The notes beneath the pieces are model-generated. The model was not told the origin of the DNA and searched no databases. It saw only the letters and a program-made list of their open reading frames with translations. Positions 32,932 through 39,231 of a stretch of DNA of 64,000 bases are shown here, piece after piece. The DNA is from a bacterium (lineage in GTDB: Bacteria; Patescibacteriota; Patescibacteriia; UBA9570), in assembly GCA_030698395.1 (NCBI GenBank), contig JAUYKW010000008.1, positions 1,662 to 65,661 on the forward strand. Direction: 5' to 3'. Position 1 is the first letter of the stretch; each line of letters opens with the position of its first letter. Position numbers and translations under genes: made by a program.

Positions 32932-34266
32932 ATGGCAGATCCATTTAAGCCAGGGAGTGTAGCAAGAAAAATAGATTCTGATGTTCCACCAGCTGAAGAA
33001 GATGACTTAGGTATTTCTGTTGAGCATGCTGCTGTTTTAGATCGAGCAGCTCGTTATGGTGATCTTGAGAATGATGTTGAAGAGGGCTTGAGTGAAGCAG
33101 AGAAAAAAAATAAGGTGGCAGAGCTGGCAACTACTTTTGCTAGTGAGGATCATAGATTTGATAGAGAATTGATGAATGCGATAGATATAAAGCTTGGTGC
33201 TAAACATATGGCCATGGAGCAAAGTCTATCTGGTTTCGTTGAATATATAAATGAACCTGATTTGGAATCTTGTAATAAATTATTGGAGATTTTTGGTGAA
33301 ACTAGAATGGAATTTGAGGAACGATTTGGATATTTAGAGATGTTCAAGAGTAGAATGCAACGATCAGAGTTTCCAGAAGTTCGAGCGATGGCGTTAATAA
33401 TTGAAAAATCATACGCAGCGATGCTGCAGTACGCAGATTTATTATCGGCAGCTGAGAATTTAATGGGTAAGATAAAGAACCAGGTCGAGATGACTGGATT
33501 ACCAGAAGATATTGCATTACAGCAATTAAAAAAATTGAGTAATAAAATAGCTACATTGTATCGAAATGAGCTCCACAAAGTCGGTAGAAATGTTCGTCAC
33601 GCGTTAGCGTACGAAGGATATCGTGCATATATTGATAGTACTGATGATAAAGAAAATTTAAGAGAAGGCGATGTTGATGAGGATTATCTTTATGAATCTG
33701 GGATAAAGTTGGATGATGTGAAATTAAATGAAGGAGATATAAAAACACTCCAAGCATTGGATTTTAGAATGAAAGGTAGAGTTGGAGCTATTACGACTGA
33801 GTTGTTTAATTCCACCAGCGAAGAGAGATTAGAAAAAAATAGACAATCACTAGAAACGATACAGAAAGTTAAAATGTACTTTCAGGATCGTATGCAAATT
33901 ATATCTGATATATTACCAACACTAAACGAGGCTGATTCTATCTTTTTGCAAGAATTGCACATGCCAATGAGAGAGTTCATTATAGAAATGGAAAATCTAT
34001 TTAGCGTTTTGGATCGAGCTATTGTTGAATTGAATAAGTTAGTAGAAAGTAATTTATCAATTGAAGATAGATCTCTAATACAAATTAAATTGGATGAAAT
34101 GCAGAATGAAGTTGAGAGAATTTATCAACAAAAACTACAACCATTTGCAAATGTGGTCGCTACAAATTTAGCTTATATGAAGTACCGTAAAGGCGTGACT
34201 GAAACTCAAAGAGACGAGACGCCTGAATTGGTAGGTGAAGATTATCAATTAAATGTTGCTAAGTAA
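32932..34266 (+). CDS. Hypothetical acidic alpha-helical protein with an internal duplication
   Basis: 444 aa ORF, no enzyme motifs recognised; the two halves align by eye. Confidence 0.7.
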   Translation: MADPFKPGSVARKIDSDVPPAEEDDLGISVEHAAVLDRAARYGDLENDVEEGLSEAEKKNKVAELATTFASEDHRFDRELMNAIDIKLGAKHMAMEQSLSGFVEYINEPDLESCNKLLEIFGETRMEFEERFGYLEMFKSRMQRSEFPEVRAMALIIEKSYAAMLQYADLLSAAENLMGKIKNQVEMTGLPEDIALQQLKKLSNKIATLYRNELHKVGRNVRHALAYEGYRAYIDSTDDKENLREGDVDEDYLYESGIKLDDVKLNEGDIKTLQALDFRMKGRVGAITTELFNSTSEERLEKNRQSLETIQKVKMYFQDRMQIISDILPTLNEADSIFLQELHMPMREFIIEMENLFSVLDRAIVELNKLVESNLSIEDRSLIQIKLDEMQNEVERIYQQKLQPFANVVATNLAYMKYRKGVTETQRDETPELVGEDYQLNVAK

Positions 34267-34272
34267 ATTATA

Positions 34273-34893
34273 ATGATGAAAATAGCAGTATCCGGAGAAA
34301 AGGGTAGTTTTTCACATCAAGCAGCGCAGCTTTATGCTACAGCTCACAGTTTAAGTGATATTGATATTATCTTTTGTGGTGATAGCGCTGGTGCATTTAG
34401 TGCTTTATCTAATAAAGAAGCAGATAAAATTATTATTCCAATATATAATTCAACAGGAGGTTTTGTGAACATGACGTTGCAAGCTATGGGAGAGTTTTTG
34501 TTTCAGATTGAAGAAATGTTCGAAATGAATGTATTGCAATGTTTGCTGATAGATAAAAATATTAATGCTGATCAGATTGAGCAGATTGCATCTCATCCTC
34601 AGGCATTGAAACAATGCAAAGATTATTTACAAGAGAATTGGTCCGGTAGAGAGTTATTAGAATATCAAGATACAGCCAAGGCAGCCAAAGATTTAGCAAG
34701 CGGTAAATTAGATAACACCACAGCTGTGATAGCACCTGAATTAGCTGCAGAAATTTATGGGCTCAAGGTACTGGAAGAATCAATTCAAGATTTGAAATTT
34801 AATGCTACAACTTTTTTAGTAGTAGCTTCACCAGGTGGTGAAAAACAATCTGAAGAGATTAAACAGGAAAAATTAAAGGAGGAACTAGAATAG
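34273..34893 (+). CDS. pheA: Prephenate dehydratase (no ACT domain)
   Basis: GEKGSFSHQAA, PIYNSTGG, SHPQALKQC, TAKAA, IQD..FNATTF. Confidence 0.85.
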   Translation: MMKIAVSGEKGSFSHQAAQLYATAHSLSDIDIIFCGDSAGAFSALSNKEADKIIIPIYNSTGGFVNMTLQAMGEFLFQIEEMFEMNVLQCLLIDKNINADQIEQIASHPQALKQCKDYLQENWSGRELLEYQDTAKAAKDLASGKLDNTTAVIAPELAAEIYGLKVLEESIQDLKFNATTFLVVASPGGEKQSEEIKQEKLKEELE

Positions 34894-34894
34894 T

Positions 34895-35584
34895 ATGAAC
34901 ATAGGAATTATAGGTGCTGGTAGATTTGGTAAGTTGCTCGCTGAACAATTGGAAAATGATAATAAAATTTTTCTTTTTGATAAGTTAGATGATAAAGATG
35001 AATTAGAGTCTTGTAATTTAGTTATTTATGCAGTACCAAATAGTTTATTGCAAGACGTAATAAATGAAACAAAAGAATTTATTCAATCAGATGCGATTGT
35101 AATGGATGTTGGTTCGGTTAAAATAAAACCATGTGCTGTGTTACAGGAAGCATTTGGAGAAAATATTTTAGGTACGCATCCGCTGTTTGGCCCAGATAGT
35201 GCTAGTGATTCTTGGGAGGGACATAAGATGGTTTTTTGCAAATTGAATATTCCTGATGATCAGTATAATAAAGTAAAAGAATTATTTATTAGCAGGGGAG
35301 TTAAAGCAATTGAATGTTCACCAGAGGAACATGATAAAATGATGGCTAAAACTCAAGCTTTAGTACACTACATTGGACGAGCACTTTCTGGAATTAAAGA
35401 GCAAGAAATATCTACGCCAGATTATGCAAATTTATTACGCATGATGGAGAAAGTTACTCATGATACTTGGGAATTATTTTATGACATGCAAAATTTGAAT
35501 CCGTATGCTAAATTAGAAAGAGAAAAGTTCAGTAAAAATATTGCTGAGTTAGAAGAAAAAATTAACCAAGAGTTAGATAAATAA
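34895..35584 (+). CDS. tyrA: Prephenate/arogenate dehydrogenase
   Basis: GIIGAGRFG, DVGSVK, HPLFGP, EEHDKMMA. Confidence 0.88.
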   Translation: MNIGIIGAGRFGKLLAEQLENDNKIFLFDKLDDKDELESCNLVIYAVPNSLLQDVINETKEFIQSDAIVMDVGSVKIKPCAVLQEAFGENILGTHPLFGPDSASDSWEGHKMVFCKLNIPDDQYNKVKELFISRGVKAIECSPEEHDKMMAKTQALVHYIGRALSGIKEQEISTPDYANLLRMMEKVTHDTWELFYDMQNLNPYAKLEREKFSKNIAELEEKINQELDK

Positions 35585-35587
35585 AGT

Positions 35588-35854
35588 ATGATCGAAAAAT
35601 CTTTAGAAGAATTAAGAGAGCAGATTGATAATATTGATGAAAAGATAATAAAATCAATTGGTGAAAGGTTTTTGGTTGTTGAGAAAATTGGAAAACTAAA
35701 GCAGGCGACTGGAATTCCAGTGCAAGATCCACACCGAGAAGCAAAATTATTATTGAAATTAAATACTTTAGCTCAGAAATATAACGTGTCCATTGAGGTA
35801 GTTACTCATATATATGACTATTTAATGCATCATTCCAGAGATAGCCAGCAGTAG
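35588..35854 (+). CDS. Chorismate mutase (AroQ type)
   Basis: LEELREQIDNID...R...IG.LK...QDP.RE. Confidence 0.9.
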   Translation: MIEKSLEELREQIDNIDEKIIKSIGERFLVVEKIGKLKQATGIPVQDPHREAKLLLKLNTLAQKYNVSIEVVTHIYDYLMHHSRDSQQ

Positions 35855-35871
35855 CATTATTAAAGAAAATT

Positions 35872-35900
35872 TTGACACTTTATAAAGTATAAATTATAAT
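35872..35900 (+). promoter_or_regulatory. Consensus sigma70 promoter
   Basis: TTGACA (35872)-17 bp-TATAAT (35895). Confidence 0.85.
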
Positions 35901-35912
35901 GTTCTTAAGTTT

Positions 35913-36035
35913 ATGAATTTTATACACAGCAACAACTTATCTAAGCTTAAATGGACAGTGGTCTCTTCTATTAAGACACTGGTACGTATTTATTTACATA
36001 TAGCGCGGGCAAGGATAAGCAATGCAATTACATAA
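35913..36035 (+). CDS. Putative leader peptide MNFIHSNNLSKLKWTVVSSIKTLVRIYLHIARARISNAIT
   Basis: 40 aa ORF just after the promoter, overlapping an antiterminator arm; same layout as the aro leader. Confidence 0.55.
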   Translation: MNFIHSNNLSKLKWTVVSSIKTLVRIYLHIARARISNAIT

Positions 36036-36093
36036 GTTGCATAATAAACAGAAAAGCTGCAACCTTAGCCCGCGAAAAAAACGCGGGATTTTT
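36004..36093 (+). terminator. Attenuator-like switch
   Basis: cgcgggcaagg (36004-36014) pairs with ccttagcccgcg (36063-36074, small bulge); alternative terminator cccgcg/cgcggg followed by attttt. Confidence 0.7.
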
Positions 36094-36167
36094 ATATATT
36101 ATTTCTAGACTACTCGACTGGTATCCTCCGCACTAGTTGAGTCGCCTGGAAAGTAATTTCCAGATTA

Positions 36168-37160
36168 TCGTTCTTTGTAAAGTATTTATCCCTATTTTTA
36201 GAAGTTATTCTGTTAATGGTGATAAAACAATTTTAGAGGCAACGTGAAATTAAATCTGGTTTAAAACGTAGCAGAGCGAGGAAAATGGTTTTTGTAGATA
36301 CGCGATTAATCGCGTATCTACGGATAAAAATATTTTCCTCGCTCCGGCTACCTAGTAGACCGGATTTCTCGGGTCATAGACCCATCCTCATACTCCTGCT
36401 GAAAAGCATGTGGAGATTCTCGATGTCTGTTCGCCCTTCCAGTCCCTGCTCCAAGCTCGTCGTGCTCGCCGATGATGCTCCTGCCCTCTCCGTTCTCTGC
36501 GAGTTCATCGAGCCCAAGGCTATCGGTGGTCGCTGCATGTCCTTCGAAAGCACTCAGGTGCTGTTCTTCAACCGGAACAATCTGCAGGGCCTCGTGGCTC
36601 GGGTCGTGGTTCGGCGCACTGCTCGACCGCTCGGCGACAACATCGTATCTGTGCGCACGGTCGACGTGATCGTGGTGAACAGCGAAGATGATCTTCGACA
36701 CTACTTGCAGGACTCCCAGGTGTTGCATCTGCGCAGCACCGATCAGCGCCAGCCTGCCATGTACACCTTCACCCACAGCAAGATGTTCCCCAAGCCGCCC
36801 AGTGGTAGTGCTCACATCTGTCAGTTCGAGACTGGTCACCTGCAGAGTCACCTCCGGAACCTGGTGTCGGTTCTCTACTCGGGATGGTTCTCCCGCAAAC
36901 CGCAGGATGCCACGGTCTGCACGCCGAACAGCGCCATCGCCCAGATGTCTGGCTACATCGGACGTTCCACCCTGGCCTTCGAGGAAGGAGGTTATGGCGG
37001 AAGCGTGCAGTTCGGTCAGGACGACGCTTACGACGCGATCCGCGAGGACGGTTCTCGCTTGTAGAAGAGCGAATAGAGGGCACGATTCGTCGTGGACAGT
37101 GATGGTAGACCGCATGACACCTCCTGTCGGGCTTCTTCTTTTCACGTTGCCCACCTCTCC
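36168..37160 (+). ncRNA. Structured-RNA cassette A enclosing a cargo ORF
   Basis: tcgttctttg (36168); ggcaacgtgaaa (36238-36249) pairs with tttcacgttgcc (37140-37151); hairpin 36252-36367; 3' module cacga-ttcg-tcgtg / gacag..ctgtc / gggcttc; tail cacctctcc. Confidence 0.65.
36423..37064 (+). CDS. Hypothetical GC-rich cargo protein A (213 aa, MSVRPSSPCSK...)
   Basis: GGAG SD 7 nt before ATG 36423; about 60% GC with C-ending codons. The longer start at 36285 lies inside the hairpin. Confidence 0.65.
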   Translation: MSVRPSSPCSKLVVLADDAPALSVLCEFIEPKAIGGRCMSFESTQVLFFNRNNLQGLVARVVVRRTARPLGDNIVSVRTVDVIVVNSEDDLRHYLQDSQVLHLRSTDQRQPAMYTFTHSKMFPKPPSGSAHICQFETGHLQSHLRNLVSVLYSGWFSRKPQDATVCTPNSAIAQMSGYIGRSTLAFEEGGYGGSVQFGQDDAYDAIREDGSRL

Positions 37161-37227
37161 TTTGTTTATCTATTAGCCCTTGCTAAATGGTAGAAAATAA
37201 GGTAAATAATGTAGTGGTAATAATTAG

Positions 37228-37713
37228 TCGTTCCTTTTATTTGTACTGGATGAATAACACTATTCTTTCAGTATTAACAGTATTTTAGAGGCAACGTGAA
37301 ATTCTAGCTGGTAATGTCCTAGGGTGAGGATATTGGTTTTATAACCAATGCCCCCACCCTGGCTTACATTCGTAAAGCTGGAAATTGGGTTTCGACCCAC
37401 CCCTCAACCCCTCGAAAGGATCCTCCAGGTGGCTAAGAAAAAGCGGAAGAAGGAAGTTTGTAGAAGTGGTAGCAAGAAGATTCGTGTTGTGCAAATCAGC
37501 GATGCGGAACTTCGCAGGAGTACTATATCTGAGCTTTGTCGGAAGTATCATGGACGCATGGTCGTTGTTAACGGTCAGCGGTTCCTGATGACGAACGAAG
37601 AGCACAGCGAACACACCTGAGCAACCTGGGGTCACGATTCGTCGTGGACAATGATGATGGACTATTCGTCGTCACTTGTCGGGCTTCAACTCTTCACGTT
37701 GCCCACCTCTCCC
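37228..37713 (+). ncRNA. Structured-RNA cassette B
   Basis: tcgttcctttt (37228); ggcaacgtgaa (37290-37300) pairs with ttcacgttgcc (37693-37703); hairpin 37301-37385; tgggt-ttcg-accca; identical cacgattcgtcgtggaca 3' module. Confidence 0.65.
37429..37620 (+). CDS. Small basic cargo protein B (63 aa, MAKKKRKKEVCRSG...)
   Basis: AAAGGA SD 8 nt before in-frame GTG 37429; homologous to cargo C. Confidence 0.6.
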   Translation: MAKKKRKKEVCRSGSKKIRVVQISDAELRRSTISELCRKYHGRMVVVNGQRFLMTNEEHSEHT

Positions 37714-37760
37714 TTGACTATTATCATTAAAAATGGTAGACAAAGGATTGGTGAAAGTCA

Positions 37761-38232
37761 TTCGTTCTTTATAACTAATGTGATGACTCACAATAATATT
37801 GTGATAGTTACTATTTTTTTCAGGCAATATGAATAGATCGTGGGCTAAACGTCCAAAAGGACTATGTTGGGGTAAGGATATGGGTTTTTCGATAAAAATC
37901 TATGCCCCCACCCCAACAAGTAAGGAGTGCTCATGAATGCACCAGATGCTGAGCCCGGCGGTGTACGTGGCAGCGAGAGAGAGGTAGATCGAGACATGCA
38001 GAGATTTTCAGCGCGGGAGTTCTGCCGGCGTTACAATGGTCAGCAGGTCACTATCGGCTCCATGCGGATTCACATTCGCTACGAGCCCACTCCCTCGTTG
38101 CCGCGCGATCGGCCGGAGGCGCAGCTGTCCATCTAGGGCAGCGGAGGTTGTGGCTGGTGGTGCAGTCATAGACAAGATGGTAGGCTACGCCCCATCCTGT
38201 TAGGCTTACCGTTTTCATATTGCCTACCTCTC
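37761..38232 (+). ncRNA. Structured-RNA cassette C
   Basis: ttcgttctttataa (37761); aggcaatatgaa (37822-37833) pairs with ttcatattgcct (38214-38225), compensatory relative to A/B; hairpin 37865-37918 homologous to B; tail tacctctc. Confidence 0.62.
37933..38136 (+). CDS. Small cargo protein C (67 aa, MNAPDAEPGG...)
   Basis: AAGGAG SD 5 nt before ATG 37933; EFCRRYNG aligns with ELCRKYHG of cargo B. Confidence 0.62.
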   Translation: MNAPDAEPGGVRGSEREVDRDMQRFSAREFCRRYNGQQVTIGSMRIHIRYEPTPSLPRDRPEAQLSI

Positions 38233-38338
38233 TTTTGATTAGCTAGTAAGCTAGTTGTTTAGAAGAGAGGTAAGTTTCAACAGGATCTTTCCCAAGTACG
38301 TTTAGTTGCACTAGCGACTTTGCGTCAACAGTTTTTTT

Positions 38339-38461
38339 GACAACGTCAGTTATGCACCTACCTAGCAGGAGGAGATGGTAGGGAAGTTGCAGCAAGAGGT
38401 GCTGCAGGTGGGATTTTTCGTCTCCATCCCATTGGACAACCCGCTGACGTTGTCCCTTTCC
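38339..38461 (+). ncRNA. ORF-less cassette D (multibranch RNA)
   Basis: gacaacgtcag (38339-38349) pairs perfectly with ctgacgttgtc (38444-38454); encloses three hairpins (cctacc/ggtagg, tgcagca/tgctgca, tgggat/atccca). Confidence 0.6.
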
Positions 38462-38573
38462 TTATAAATATCATTTGTTGGTACTTATAAGGATTTGGAT
38501 AATTGTGAATAAGTTAAATAATATAAGTTGACTTATTAAAAAAATAATATATTCTTTATTTTAAGAAGTATTT

Positions 38574-38660
38574 ATGAATATTCTTTTTGCCCAAATAAAT
38601 CTTATTAGCATTATTAGCCTGCTTATTAGCCATGGTTCTTTGCGTTATGAACAAACTTAA
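38574..38660 (+). CDS. Leader peptide MNILFAQINLISIISLLISHGSLRYEQT (Ile/Leu/Ser-rich)
   Basis: 28 aa ORF downstream of TTGACT (38528)/TATTCT (38550); overlaps an antiterminator arm. Confidence 0.7.
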   Translation: MNILFAQINLISIISLLISHGSLRYEQT

Positions 38661-38714
38661 GTAAAAAAGTAATTCAAACGTAAAGAACCCTGTCAAATAT
38701 CGCAGGGTTTTTTT
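38634..38714 (+). terminator. Attenuator (antiterminator/terminator pair)
   Basis: ggttctttgcgtt (38634-38646) pairs with aacgtaaagaacc (38677-38689); alternative terminator aaccctg/cagggtt (38686-38709) plus T run. Confidence 0.78.
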
Positions 38715-38811
38715 ATTGCCTCATTAATTTCTCCTTTAACAGGGGATGAGAACCGTACGGCGGTAGGAGGAGTCTATCGTTCTTCCTGTACGCTTCGGCA
38801 ACGAGGATACA

Positions 38812-39036
38812 ATGTACCGGCGCGGTACCTGGGAGTTTTATCAGTTCAACGCCGTGTTTCACGCTGAGCTGGTCAGGTGTTCGAATGGCATCGTGGCGCT
38901 GATGTGGCGCAACGAGGTGCACAAGACCGGTGCCAACGAAGTGACCATTGCGTACCGACGGTTCGAGCGTCAGCAGTGGAGCTTCTGGGCTCATTCGGCC
39001 ACAGGAGGCACCTGTGACACGTCCGCGGTCTACTAG
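38812..39036 (+). CDS. Hypothetical GC-rich cargo-like protein E (74 aa)
   Basis: GAGG SD before the ATG; about 60% GC; flanked by hairpins (38755-38792, 39084-39149). Confidence 0.55.
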   Translation: MYRRGTWEFYQFNAVFHAELVRCSNGIVALMWRNEVHKTGANEVTIAYRRFERQQWSFWAHSATGGTCDTSAVY

Positions 39037-39231
39037 CAGCTCCGAGAGCGTTGCTACGCCTGACGCAAATACGGAATCTCACGCGAGACGGCGGCATGGG
39101 TTGACTAGATGTATTTATGTACGTCTTGCTATCACCAGCCGTCGTCTCGACCGTTCATCTTATTTATTGTTTAATTTGCTCTAAGAAATAAAATCATTTA
39201 TACTCATTAAAGTTAAGTTAAAGGATATATC

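Noticed and set aside
35901-36093. T-box riboswitch for this leader (and those at 20260 and 38570)
   Set aside because: No GGTGGNACCGCG T-box sequence or stem I motifs; leader peptide plus alternative hairpins fits better.
36285-36422. Longer N-terminus for cargo A (and ATG 37348 for cargo B)
   Set aside because: These starts lie inside the conserved 5' hairpin; downstream starts have proper SD motifs.
36348-37154. 268-aa reverse-strand ORF spanning cassette A, plus other overlapping ORFs (36472, 36688, 36769, 36884)
   Set aside because: Best explained as shadows of a GC-rich + strand gene. The + ORF has an SD and a consistent codon bias, and the scaffold is oriented to +. Ambisense coding is not strictly excluded.
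37585-37615. CTGATGA, a possible hammerhead ribozyme core
   Set aside because: No stem II followed by GAAA, lies inside cargo B coding sequence, and is absent from the other cassettes.
37651-37836. 61-aa ORF between cassettes B and C
   Set aside because: It runs through the conserved 3' module, the spacer and the boxA-like motif, with no SD; likely incidental.
38339-38454. tRNA call for the cloverleaf-like element
   Set aside because: No T-loop or D-loop consensus, an 11-bp closing stem, wrong arm sizes and no CCA.
36168-38461. CRISPR array, integron attC array or IS/MITE explanation of the repeats
   Set aside because: The repeats are long, multi-part and irregularly spaced. No cas, intI or transposase gene is in the window, I see no convincing attC core-site pairs or target-site duplications, and the arms covary instead of keeping a fixed sequence.
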